Of a DNA stretch of 64,000 nucleotides, positions 7,876 through 17,171 are shown one piece after another. The stretch is from Lachnospiraceae bacterium UBA1766. GTDB lineage: Bacteria; Bacillota; Clostridia; Lachnospirales; Lachnospiraceae. The notes under the pieces were generated by a model, which was not told the DNA's origin, did not search any database, and saw only the letters and a list, made by a program, of their open reading frames with translations. Location: assembly GCA_002314715.1 (NCBI GenBank), contig DCGY01000021.1:10458-74457 (forward strand), read 5' to 3'. Both the position numbers and the translations under genes were made by a program. The stretch's first letter is position 1, and the number at the start of each line of letters is the position of its first letter.

Positions 7876-10035
7876 ATGTCGAAAGATAACATTACGGAAG
7901 ACCCTAAGGATTCTTCGATTCCTTCCGAACTTCCCGAAAACAAAAAGGATGAACAACCCAAAAAGCCAATTGCACTCTACTTGGCATTGACTGCAATTAT
8001 CGCTTTGTTAATCATTCTCATTGCCGTCATTTCGGAAAACACCAAGCTTCGAAAGGAAGTTCTTCCCTCCGGCAGTGACGTAGTTTCCACGGAGGATGCT
8101 CCTTCCTATAGCGCCTCCGGTAATACCGGGGAACAATCTACCGAAGTTGCTTCTTCTGCGGAAAGTCAGGAAGCTTCCGGTGAAGAAAGCAAAGAAAACA
8201 CTTCTTCCGAAAGCACAGAGGCTTCCTCTGAGGAATCCAAAGCAGAATCCACCGAAGGTTCCAAGGAGGAATCCAAGGAAACCGCTTCCTCCGAAAGCTC
8301 ACAGGCTCAGGAAGAATCCAAAACCGAATCCAAGGAAGAAAACAAGTCCGAAGGTACTTTCGTGCTTACCTATTCCTGCGGAAACAGTTGGGAAACCGCG
8401 GACGGCCAGATGGGTACCGTGGAAATCGGCGTGACCAACAACTCCGGCAAGGATTTAAGCAGCTGGACCCTGGTACTTACCATTGACGGTCTAAACGCTG
8501 TAGAAGGCTGGAACGGCACTTACACTGCCGATGGCAACACCTTAACCATCAAAAATGCCGACCACAACGGCTCAGTAGCCAACGGTTCCGCATTTTATAC
8601 CGGATGTAACCTTGGTACAGCAAAGGCATTAAAGATTACTTCCGCTACCTTAAACGGAACTGCCTGCACCATTAAGGCCGGCACCGTAAATCAGAACGAA
8701 ATCAATAACAATCAGCAGGGCGGTCAGAATAATGACCAGTCCGGGAGGCAGGACGGAAACCAATCTTCTTCTGAGACTTCGAAAGTGGATACAGCAGCTC
8801 TTTTAGAAAATACAAAGAACGCTGTTTCCGGTGATGACTGGCTGCATACCGACGGAAATAAAATCCTGGACAAGGACGGTAAACAGGTATGGCTTACCGG
8901 TGTAAACTGGTTTGGCTACAATACCGGAACCAATACCTTCGACGGACTTTGGAACAGCAAGTTAGAGCCTACCGTTAAGGCAATTGCGGATCATGGTTTC
9001 AACCTGATTCGTGTCCCGATTTCCGCACAGCTCATTAATCAGTGGGCTGCCGGCGAATATCCCAGGGCGAATTACAACAATGCTTACAACACCACGCTGA
9101 ATTCCATGAACTCTTTGGAAATATTTGATTACTTCCTGTCTCTTGCAACCGCAAACGGAATTAAGGTAATGCCCGATATCCATAGTGCGGAAACCGATGC
9201 TTCCGGACACAATGTGAATCTCTGGTATACCTCCAAGGTGTCCGTGGATCAGTACTATGCAGCACTGGAATGGATGGCAGAACGCTACAAGGATAATGAT
9301 ACCATTATTGCTTACGACTTAAAGAATGAGCCTCACGGCAAGCCAAATGAGGGTAAAAACGCCGCCATCTGGAATAATTCCAAGGATGCCAACAACTGGA
9401 AATACGTCGCAGAGACCGCTGCCGCAAAGGTTTTGGCCAAGAATCCCAATGTACTGATTCTGGTGGAAGGTACTGAAATTTATCCCAAGAACAGTAACGG
9501 AGATTACTCCTCCACCAACTCCGCAGACTACTATTTCAACTGGTGGGGCGGAAACCTGCGTGCCGTGAAGGACTTCCCGATTAACCTTGGAAAGTATCAG
9601 GACAAGCTGGTTTATTCTCCTCACGATTACGGCCCTACCGTATACGAACAGCCTTGGTTCCAGGGCGGATATACTTACGAGAGCCTTATGAAGGATTGCT
9701 GGTACGACAATTGGCTGTACATTCATGATACCAATACCGCTCCTCTTCTCATTGGTGAGTGGGGAGGCTTTATGCGAGAGCCCAATCTGACCTGGATGAC
9801 TTATCTTCGTCAGTTGATTAAAACCTATCATTTGAATCACACCTTCTGGTGCTTAAATGCCAACTCCGGAGATACCGGCGGACTTCTTTTGGATGACTTC
9901 ACTACTTGGGATGATGCCAAGTACAAATTTGTAAAAGAAGTGCTTTGGACCGAGGGTGGCAAGTTTGTAGGCCTGGATCATGCGATTCCGCTTGGCGAAA
10001 ACGGTATTACCACCACCGCTGCCAAGGGATTATAA
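7876..10035 (+). CDS. Membrane-anchored GH5 endoglucanase (GH5_1-like) with Ser/Glu-rich linker and CBM2-like module
   Basis: Single N-terminal TM; CBM2-like NSW..V.N..SSWTL..GWNG; catalytic domain WLTGVNWFG, DLKNEPH (acid/base), YSPHDYGP, IGEWGG (nucleophile), NSGDTGG. Confidence 0.9.
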   Translation: MSKDNITEDPKDSSIPSELPENKKDEQPKKPIALYLALTAIIALLIILIAVISENTKLRKEVLPSGSDVVSTEDAPSYSASGNTGEQSTEVASSAESQEASGEESKENTSSESTEASSEESKAESTEGSKEESKETASSESSQAQEESKTESKEENKSEGTFVLTYSCGNSWETADGQMGTVEIGVTNNSGKDLSSWTLVLTIDGLNAVEGWNGTYTADGNTLTIKNADHNGSVANGSAFYTGCNLGTAKALKITSATLNGTACTIKAGTVNQNEINNNQQGGQNNDQSGRQDGNQSSSETSKVDTAALLENTKNAVSGDDWLHTDGNKILDKDGKQVWLTGVNWFGYNTGTNTFDGLWNSKLEPTVKAIADHGFNLIRVPISAQLINQWAAGEYPRANYNNAYNTTLNSMNSLEIFDYFLSLATANGIKVMPDIHSAETDASGHNVNLWYTSKVSVDQYYAALEWMAERYKDNDTIIAYDLKNEPHGKPNEGKNAAIWNNSKDANNWKYVAETAAAKVLAKNPNVLILVEGTEIYPKNSNGDYSSTNSADYYFNWWGGNLRAVKDFPINLGKYQDKLVYSPHDYGPTVYEQPWFQGGYTYESLMKDCWYDNWLYIHDTNTAPLLIGEWGGFMREPNLTWMTYLRQLIKTYHLNHTFWCLNANSGDTGGLLLDDFTTWDDAKYKFVKEVLWTEGGKFVGLDHAIPLGENGITTTAAKGL

Positions 10036-10055
10036 AATTTATTTAACAAACAAAT

Positions 10056-10117
10056 AAGAGTCAAAGAGAATGGTCGTGGTTTCGAACCACAAATTCCATT
10101 TTCCTTGACTCTTTTTT
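10056..10117. terminator. Long hairpin between convergent GH5 genes (probable bidirectional terminator)
   Basis: AAGAGTCAA..GAATGG..GTGGTT-TCG-AACCAC..CCATTT..TTGACTCTT followed by a T-run. Confidence 0.7.
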
Positions 10118-10130
10118 ATTCTTCGCATTT

Positions 10131-11441
10131 TTAGTTGTATGCATCAACCATCTTTTTCAATATTTCAGGATAATAAATTTCCAGCTTCTTTCGATTAATC
10201 ATACCGAAGTTCTCATTGCCCTTCTTGGTACCGCCGTTATCCCACAGGATACAGGACAGTCCCAATACCTTCGCCTTGCTGCAATAAGCATCTGCCCAGG
10301 AGCATCTGGAGGACAGGTTATCCTTATTGGTTGCACCGAATTCACCAATATATACGCCGTACCCGTTGTTAATAAATTGTTTCTTTAGGTTAACCATAAA
10401 GTCGAATTCCTTATTGTTTGCACTGCTCCAGGTATCGTAACCATTTTCGTTCATGGTAAAGTCATAAGGGGTATATGCGTGAACAGACAACAACAGGTGA
10501 TTTTCAATGGTATCATTCGGCATACTGAAGGCCTTATTCAACGCATTATCCGAGGAAGCCATAGCGGAAGGCACACCCAAAAATCGAGTTTCGTTTTTTC
10601 CGCCGCTTTGACGTACGGTATCCACAAAAATCTGGTTCAGCTCCACGATATTCTTGATACAGGCCAAACCATCCCCATCGTTCTCGGCAAACCACCACTC
10701 CTTGGAGGTGCCTTCCAAACGAGGCTCATTCATGGACTCAAAAATCAGGTGCTCATCGTAATCCTTGAAGCGTTCACTGATCTGTGTCCATATATTTCGG
10801 ATATATTCTCTGGATTTCTCCATCTTGGAATCGCTGGGATAATACTTGTCGTTATCATGATGGGAGTTGATGATGACATATAAATTGGCATCCAGGGCCC
10901 AATCCACAATTTCCTGTACACGGTCCATCCATTCGCTGTCGATTACCCCATCACTCATGTGATTGTTCCATGAAACCGGGATACGAATGGTGGTAAAACC
11001 GCTGGCCTTTACGTATTCTATCAGTTCCTTGGTAACACTTGGCTGTCCCCAGGAGGTTTCGGATTTCATTCCCCGGGAGCCGGTCGCATCCAGGGTATTT
11101 CCCAAGTTCCATCCAAGCTTCATGGCTTTCGCCATTTCCACAGATGTTTCCGGAATGGGAAGCGGTTCATTCACTACCGGATTCTGTACGATTTCCTGAC
11201 TGCTTTCGGTTTGTGATTCCGACTCTTTTGTTTTGGACTCCTCTGTCTTGGATTCCTCTGTCTTGGACTCCTCTGTTTTGGATGCTTCTGTCGTCTGGGT
11301 TTCTTCGGATATTTGGGAAACAGAACTTTCAACTGTTTCTCCTCCATTCCCGTTCTCTCCACAACCTGCCATGGACAAAATCATGGCAAAGGTAACAAGG
11401 CCGGTCAGAAATTTCTTTCGGAAAAGCTTTCCCTTACTCAT
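10131..11441 (-). CDS. GH5 (GH5_4-like) endoglucanase/xyloglucanase lipoprotein
   Basis: Lipobox SMAGC, TEESK linker, GWNLGNTLD, IRIPVSW, INSHHD, FESMNEPR, IGEFG, LWDNG. Confidence 0.92.
   Translation of the reverse strand: MSKGKLFRKKFLTGLVTFAMILSMAGCGENGNGGETVESSVSQISEETQTTEASKTEESKTEESKTEESKTKESESQTESSQEIVQNPVVNEPLPIPETSVEMAKAMKLGWNLGNTLDATGSRGMKSETSWGQPSVTKELIEYVKASGFTTIRIPVSWNNHMSDGVIDSEWMDRVQEIVDWALDANLYVIINSHHDNDKYYPSDSKMEKSREYIRNIWTQISERFKDYDEHLIFESMNEPRLEGTSKEWWFAENDGDGLACIKNIVELNQIFVDTVRQSGGKNETRFLGVPSAMASSDNALNKAFSMPNDTIENHLLLSVHAYTPYDFTMNENGYDTWSSANNKEFDFMVNLKKQFINNGYGVYIGEFGATNKDNLSSRCSWADAYCSKAKVLGLSCILWDNGGTKKGNENFGMINRKKLEIYYPEILKKMVDAYN
11221..11295. repeat. Five imperfect 15-bp tandem repeats encoding a (TEESK)n linker
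   Basis: GACTCCTCTGTCTTG-type units at 11221, 11236, 11251, 11266 and 11281. Confidence 0.85.
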
Positions 11442-11453
11442 CTTATTTCCTCT

Positions 11454-12971
11454 CTATTCTTCTGTTTTGATTTCATTCAAACTATCCATGGGCGCAGAAA
11501 TCATATTGCTTCGGATATCAATAATCGGGCCGCCTTTCCCTTCGATATATTCTCTGGTAATCGTTACACGACCGATATTGTCGTCCTTGGGAATCTCATA
11601 CATAATATCCAGCATAAATTCCTCAATAATAGAACGAAGCGCTCTGGCACCGGTATCCTGGGCCATGGCCTTTTCTGCAATGGCTTCCAACGCGCCATCG
11701 GTAAACTCCAGCTTCACTTCATCCAGCTCCAAAAGCTTCTGATACTGCTTCAAAATCGCGTTCTTGGGCTCTTTTAATATTTTCACCATAGATTCCTTGG
11801 AAAGGCCCTCCAGGGTGTAAATAATGGGCAAACGACCGATGAACTCGGGAATCATTCCGAAGTTTCGAATATCCTCTACGGTTACCTTCTTGAGGATGTT
11901 CTTTTCTTTGTCATACTTGTCCTTCAAATCCGAATTAAAACCTATGGATGCGGTCTTGGTCAGTCGTTCCTTGATAATATTTTCCAAATCCGGGAATGCT
12001 CCGCCGCAAATAAAGAGAATATTTCTGGTATTCACGGTAGCCAACGGCACCATGGCATTCTTGCTGTTGGCACCAACCGGCACCTCGATTTCGGCGCCCT
12101 CCAAAAGCTTCAGCATACCCTGCTGTACGCTTTCACCGCTGACATCACGACTTCTGGTTTCTTTTTTCTTGGCAATCTTATCGATTTCATCAATAAAAAT
12201 AATGCCTTGTTCTGCACGCTCCACATCATTGTCAGCTGCCGCCAAAAGCTTGCTGACTACGCTCTCGATATCATCACCGATGTAACCGGCTTCCGTCAGG
12301 GAAGTGGCATCCGCAATGGCAAGGGGAACATCCAACAATCTGGCCAGTGTTTTTACCAAATAGGTTTTACCGCAACCGGTAGGACCAATCATCAGCATGT
12401 TGGACTTCTCGATTTCAATTTCATCCATGGTATTGGTGGCCACACGCTTGTAATGATTGTAAACCGCTACGGAAATAACCTTCTTGGCATGCTCCTGACC
12501 AACTACATATTCGTCCAGGCTGGCTTTGATTTTATGGGGTGCCGGAATATCCTTGATATCTAAAATCGGCTTTGCTTCCTCACCCTTTTTCTTCTTTTTC
12601 AACTTCTGCTTATTGGGAATACCACCCTCACCCTGAAAATCCGCCAGGTTGATAAAGCTTAAATTGGGCATTCCACCCGGAAACAATTGGCTGAAATCAT
12701 TGGGGATGTTATTCATGTTCGGAATATTATTCATGTTGGAAATATTGGCATTGTTTAGCATTCCCTGGTAATCAAATTTGCTTACCGTGTCCATGGTTTT
12801 ATGCATGCAGTCATTGCAGACGCAAATGTTGTTGGGAAGCTTAAACATCTGTCCCGCCTTACTCTCCGGTCTGCGACAGATAAAGCACACATCCTCATAA
12901 TCCGTTTCCTTGGAATCTGCCTTTTCGCCGGTTTGTTCTTTATCTTTCAATTCATCATCAAAATCAGACAT
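11454..12971 (-). CDS. clpX: ATP-dependent Clp protease ATP-binding subunit ClpX
   Basis: C4 zinc domain CFIC..CNDC, VVGQEHAKK, GPTGCGKT, IDEIDK, RDVSGESVQQ, IGF loop (SIGF), TGARALR. Start ATG 12971 or GTG 12980. Confidence 0.95.
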   Translation of the reverse strand: MSDFDDELKDKEQTGEKADSKETDYEDVCFICRRPESKAGQMFKLPNNICVCNDCMHKTMDTVSKFDYQGMLNNANISNMNNIPNMNNIPNDFSQLFPGGMPNLSFINLADFQGEGGIPNKQKLKKKKKGEEAKPILDIKDIPAPHKIKASLDEYVVGQEHAKKVISVAVYNHYKRVATNTMDEIEIEKSNMLMIGPTGCGKTYLVKTLARLLDVPLAIADATSLTEAGYIGDDIESVVSKLLAAADNDVERAEQGIIFIDEIDKIAKKKETRSRDVSGESVQQGMLKLLEGAEIEVPVGANSKNAMVPLATVNTRNILFICGGAFPDLENIIKERLTKTASIGFNSDLKDKYDKEKNILKKVTVEDIRNFGMIPEFIGRLPIIYTLEGLSKESMVKILKEPKNAILKQYQKLLELDEVKLEFTDGALEAIAEKAMAQDTGARALRSIIEEFMLDIMYEIPKDDNIGRVTITREYIEGKGGPIIDIRSNMISAPMDSLNEIKTEE

Positions 12972-13074
12972 CTTTTTCACTCCATTGTAGTATTTTTCAA
13001 CAAAAACCTTTCGGTAATTGTATCATACCTGGAATATCCAAACAAGTGAAGTTTTTCTAAACCGAGCGTATACG

Positions 13075-13108
13075 AAAAAGAGGTGACTGCATGTGCGGTC
13101 ACCCCTTT
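13075..13108 (-). terminator. Intrinsic terminator downstream of htrA
   Basis: AAAAAG-AGGTGACTGC-ATGT-GCGGTCACC-CCTTT inverted repeat. Confidence 0.75.
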
Positions 13109-13128
13109 ATTGATATCATTTCTTCTCT

Positions 13129-14637
13129 TTATTCCTCAGGCTTTGCGTAGAGGGTCATGGTATACTGCTGTTCTACGTACTCACCTTCAATCAAACGCTT
13201 GGTGGTAATGGTTACTTCATCTCCAACCTTGTAGTAAGAAAGGATTTCCAAAAGTTCTTCTGCGGAAGAAACCTTTTCTCCGTCTACCTTGGTAATATAA
13301 TCACCATACTTTAAACCGGCCTTATCTGCGGGGCTTCCTTCTACAACGGATCTGACAAATACACCCTTGGGAATATTGGTTCCGTAAAAAGCCTTGAATT
13401 CATCGGTTACAGTCAGAATGCTGACACCCATGTAACCCATATCTTCTTCCGCTACCTTATCGCCTCTGGTCTGACGTTCCATTAAGTCAGCAATGATGGG
13501 ACTTGCGGAGCTGATGGGGATTGCATAACCCATACCCTCTACGGTAGTACCACCGATTTTGTTGGATACAATACCGATTACCTCACCGTTAATGTTTAAA
13601 AGAGCACCACCGGAGTTACCGGGATTTACAGCTGCATTGGTCTGAATAAAGGTACCGGTAGAACCGTCCTCCATCTCCAACTCACGATTCAATCCACTGA
13701 TGATACCACTGGTAACGGACTGTCCGTAGCCAAGAGCATTTCCGATTACAACAACCGGCTTGCCAAGCTTCAGGTCATCACTGTCGCCCAAGGTAGCAAT
13801 CGCAATTTCCTTCTTGGTATCAGAATCCAAATCCTTGAGATTTACGGAAATAACCGCCAAATCCATATCGGAATCCATACCTTTAATCTTTGCTTCTGCT
13901 GTCTTGCCGTCGATAAATGTTACCTCCAGCTTTGTAGCATCCGCAACAACATGATGGTTGGATACAATCAATAATTCGTCATCGGTCTGGGATACGATAA
14001 TTCCGGATCCGCTTGCAGCAGACTCTCTGGTGTAGGTCTGACCAAACCAACGGGTTTCCTCGGTCATGGTATTTACGATGGATACCATAGCAGGCATAAC
14101 CTGATCAACCACAGCGGAAACATCGGTAGATACCACCTGCGTGGTATTTGCTTCTGTATTGGAATCCTTTATGCTGGGAATTACTTCTGTCTTTTCAATT
14201 TTTTCAACCTTCTCGGAGGTACCCGGAAGGGAAGAGGTCTGGCTGATTGTCTTTGCCGCATCCAATAAACCGGTATAGCGACATACTCCGTAGAAGGAAC
14301 CACCGGCCAGAGATCCGCACACAATACCTACACAGGCAGCCACAGCAATCTTTTTCAGAAAAGGATGCTGCTTTTTTTGTTTGCTCTTTTTCTGTACCGG
14401 AACCGGCTCTCTGTAAACCTGACTCTGGGAGTTATAGGTTCTGTACTGGCTGTTATCCAATCGATCGAAATATGCTCCGTTGTTTTGTGGTGCACCGGTG
14501 GGTGCAGACTCCGGAGACATTTCCGGTGCTCTGTTTGGGGTATCTCCCATAGGAACCGGATTGGAATTCACGCCGTCATTCATATTTTCCGGCTGATTTC
14601 CGTTTGTATTGTCATTGTAAATATCGTTCTCGTACAT
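13129..14637 (-). CDS. htrA: HtrA/DegP serine protease with TM anchor and PDZ domain
   Basis: SGSGII, SNHHVV, DLAV, GNALG, QTNAAVNPGNSGGAL, C-terminal PDZ (GSPADKAGL). Confidence 0.95.
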   Translation of the reverse strand: MYENDIYNDNTNGNQPENMNDGVNSNPVPMGDTPNRAPEMSPESAPTGAPQNNGAYFDRLDNSQYRTYNSQSQVYREPVPVQKKSKQKKQHPFLKKIAVAACVGIVCGSLAGGSFYGVCRYTGLLDAAKTISQTSSLPGTSEKVEKIEKTEVIPSIKDSNTEANTTQVVSTDVSAVVDQVMPAMVSIVNTMTEETRWFGQTYTRESAASGSGIIVSQTDDELLIVSNHHVVADATKLEVTFIDGKTAEAKIKGMDSDMDLAVISVNLKDLDSDTKKEIAIATLGDSDDLKLGKPVVVIGNALGYGQSVTSGIISGLNRELEMEDGSTGTFIQTNAAVNPGNSGGALLNINGEVIGIVSNKIGGTTVEGMGYAIPISSASPIIADLMERQTRGDKVAEEDMGYMGVSILTVTDEFKAFYGTNIPKGVFVRSVVEGSPADKAGLKYGDYITKVDGEKVSSAEELLEILSYYKVGDEVTITTKRLIEGEYVEQQYTMTLYAKPEE

Positions 14638-14703
14638 AAATCATACCTTCTTTCTGTTCGTCCCGGTAAACCGAGGCTATCTCTTTCCTACTTTCTAAAA
14701 CAG

Positions 14704-14756
14704 AGTATACGTAGGAAATGTGATAAAATTGTGACGAAAAAATGAGAGAATTATGA
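14704..14756 (-). promoter_or_regulatory. htrA promoter with four 11-bp-phased TGTGA-like direct repeats
   Basis: -10 TATACT at 14704-14709; TGTGA/TGTGA/AATGA/TATGA at 14719, 14730, 14741 and 14752, covering the -35 region. Confidence 0.55.
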
Positions 14757-14790
14757 ATTTCACGAAATAAATAATACTTTTCATCACTTT

Positions 14791-15849
14791 TTAATCCACG
14801 GGATATACACCGGCAAATTCATATCCCTGTCTTCTGGCTTCATCAATCCAATCTGCCAAAAATGCCCGATTGGTGGAGGAGCTGGCATGCAATAAGTAAA
14901 TGGCACCGGGATGCAGGTACTTCACCGCTTTTTCATAAGAAGGCTGAACCTCCGGCTGTGTAGCGGAATAATCGTTGTAAGCATAGGACCAGAAAACGGA
15001 TTTGAGACCCAAATTATCCACCAGGGCCAGGGACTGATCGGAGAACATTCCCTCCGGGAAACGGAACAGGCGACAGTCGTAATTATAATCCTTTTTCAGC
15101 TTGTCCACCACGTCCATGATTTCCTTGCGCTGTGTTTCCAGACTCAGATCCGGCATATTTTTATGATTGATGCTGTGACTTCCGATGCGATGTCCCTCGT
15201 CAATCATTCGCTTTATCAAATCCGGTCTGGCATCATAAAACATAGAAGTTACAAAGAAGGTCGCTTTTACATCCTTCTCCTTCAAAATATCCAGAATCTT
15301 TTCGGTTTCCGGATTGTCAAAGCCACAGTCCATGGTCAGATAAAGAACCTTCTCATTGGTTCTCTCGGAAATAAAATCCACATGATATTTTCCCCATTTA
15401 TTCTTATACCAGTAGACACCAACCGGCACACCGTTTTCATCACGGTCATTTGGATTGTTTCCGAAAGGGGTCTTCTCATTGGACAGGGTGGACAAATCCC
15501 ACTTTCCCATTACCTGGGGTGGCAGTTCCTCGGATGAAGATTCCCGGGTCTTTGACTCCTCTGCAGAACTGCTCTCCCCGGACCCGCTGCTTTCCTCAGT
15601 GGATTCAAGGGTCTGACTTTCCTTTGTTTCCTCTGTAGAAGCTTCTTTGCTTTCTTCCGTGGATTCCTCTGACGAATCTGTAAAAGATTGGGATACAATC
15701 ATACCGGGATCTACCGGTTCTTTATCCTTTTTATTTGCAATACTTACAATTGTGATACAAATCAAAAAAATAGCCAGAATAATCAACGCATATATCAATA
15801 GGATTCCTTCGCTGCGTTTCCAGAAGGGCTTCTTCTTTTTCTTTTTCAT
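14791..15849 (-). CDS. Membrane-anchored polysaccharide deacetylase (CE4, PdaA-like)
   Basis: YLTMDCG, ATFFVT, GSHSINH, FRFPEG, YLLH; N-terminal TM plus Ser/Glu linker; start MKKKK at 15849. Confidence 0.9.
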   Translation of the reverse strand: MKKKKKKPFWKRSEGILLIYALIILAIFLICITIVSIANKKDKEPVDPGMIVSQSFTDSSEESTEESKEASTEETKESQTLESTEESSGSGESSSAEESKTRESSSEELPPQVMGKWDLSTLSNEKTPFGNNPNDRDENGVPVGVYWYKNKWGKYHVDFISERTNEKVLYLTMDCGFDNPETEKILDILKEKDVKATFFVTSMFYDARPDLIKRMIDEGHRIGSHSINHKNMPDLSLETQRKEIMDVVDKLKKDYNYDCRLFRFPEGMFSDQSLALVDNLGLKSVFWSYAYNDYSATQPEVQPSYEKAVKYLHPGAIYLLHASSSTNRAFLADWIDEARRQGYEFAGVYPVD

Positions 15850-15942
15850 CAGTGTTCTCCTTTGTCCGGTACGCTTTGCAAAAAACAAAACCATTCATAC
15901 CGACTTCCTCATAATTGGATATTATATCATTTTTTTTCGCAC

Positions 15943-15978
15943 AAAAAAAGATACTTTCCAATTTTGAAAGTATCTTTT
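15943..15978 (-). terminator. Intrinsic terminator downstream of the CDF gene
   Basis: Perfect 13-bp inverted repeat AAAAGATACTTTC..GAAAGTATCTTTT with U-tract on the minus strand. Confidence 0.75.
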
Positions 15979-16000
15979 GACAACCAATTTCTTTTCCTTC

Positions 16001-16900
16001 CTACGCCGGATTCACATGCACCATAATATGTTTGACTTTCGGAAAGTGCTGCTCAATATCATCATGAACCTTCTCGGCAATATCATGGGCCTTCTGCAAG
16101 GTTAACTGAGCATTTAATTTAATTTCCAAATCCACATAAATCTTATTGCCAAACATTCTGGTCTGACAAAGGTCGATTCCCTCCACTTCCTCGTGACTGT
16201 TTACTAGATCCAGAATCTCGTTTACCGTTTCGTCATCACAGGCATGGTCAACCATTTTATCAATAGCATCCCGGAATATATCAAAAGCCGCCTTGGCAAT
16301 AAAGAAGAAAATCACCAGACTGGCAACTGCGTCCATCACCGGAAATCCCAGCATAGAACCGCCAATACCCACGAAGGCACCCACTGAGGACAGGGCATCG
16401 GAACGATGATGCCAGGCATCCGCCAGCAATGCGGCAGAATCAATTTTCTTCGCGTAATACCGGGTATACCAGTACATGGCCTCTTTTGCTAAAATAGAAA
16501 CGACTGCCGCCACCAGAGCCAATAGGCCCGGAATCGCCAAATCGCCATAATGGCCGCGAATAATTTTCAAAAGTGCATTCCAGCCGATTCCAAGTCCCGT
16601 TACCGCCAAAACCATGGCCAAAATCATGGCCGCCACACACTCCAGGCGCTCGTGTCCGTAGGGGTGTTCTTTGTCGGATTCCTTGGCCGAAAGCCGGATG
16701 CCGATAATCACCACGATGGTACTGAATACATCCGAAGCAGAGTGAATGGCATCACTGACCATTGCTCCGGAATTAGCCACCAGGCCGGCAATCAGCTTAA
16801 ACAGGCACAATACCGCGTTGCCGATAATGGATACCAGGGACACGCGATTGGCAATTCGAAGAAAATCTTCCTCTTTTGGTTTGGTTTGATTACATGTCAT
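16001..16900 (-). CDS. Cation diffusion facilitator (FieF/CzcD family)
   Basis: SDAIHSASD, HPYGHERLE, ADAWHHRSD, AHDIAE, VHVNP. Confidence 0.95.
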   Translation of the reverse strand: MTCNQTKPKEEDFLRIANRVSLVSIIGNAVLCLFKLIAGLVANSGAMVSDAIHSASDVFSTIVVIIGIRLSAKESDKEHPYGHERLECVAAMILAMVLAVTGLGIGWNALLKIIRGHYGDLAIPGLLALVAAVVSILAKEAMYWYTRYYAKKIDSAALLADAWHHRSDALSSVGAFVGIGGSMLGFPVMDAVASLVIFFFIAKAAFDIFRDAIDKMVDHACDDETVNEILDLVNSHEEVEGIDLCQTRMFGNKIYVDLEIKLNAQLTLQKAHDIAEKVHDDIEQHFPKVKHIMVHVNPA

Positions 16901-16975
16901 ATAAGTTACCTCCTATAAAAAAAGATAGCTCTATGATGCTTCATTGTTCGTGGGAAAAGGTTAGAAATGCGTATA

Positions 16976-17084
16976 GAAAAACCCACGACCAGTATTAGCA
17001 ACTACTGTCCCGTGGGTAAGATCTTCCACTGTCACGCTGGTGACCCGACTCCATAATCCGAATGACTACGGCCTGTTCAGTTTG
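16976..17084 (-). ncRNA. NiCo (czcD-class) metal-sensing riboswitch with downstream terminator
   Basis: Minus strand AAACTGAACAGGC..GTCGGGTCAC..GTGACAGTGG..CCACGGGACAGT matches the recalled NiCo core (ACUGA.CAGGC..GGG..ACAG..GGGACAGU). The 3' part overlaps the terminator ACCCACG..CGTGGGT-TTTT. Located in the leader of a CDF gene. Confidence 0.85.
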
Positions 17085-17171
17085 TACTGTAGATGAATGC
17101 AGTGCAAAGAGTTATATTCTTTTTATCATATAATACAGGTTATGTCAACTCTTCCGATTGGTTCCTATTAT

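Noticed and set aside
16930-16950. ANTAR-like loop CAATGAAG in the CDF leader
   Set aside because: Only one closing base pair and no stem; the NiCo riboswitch already explains the leader.
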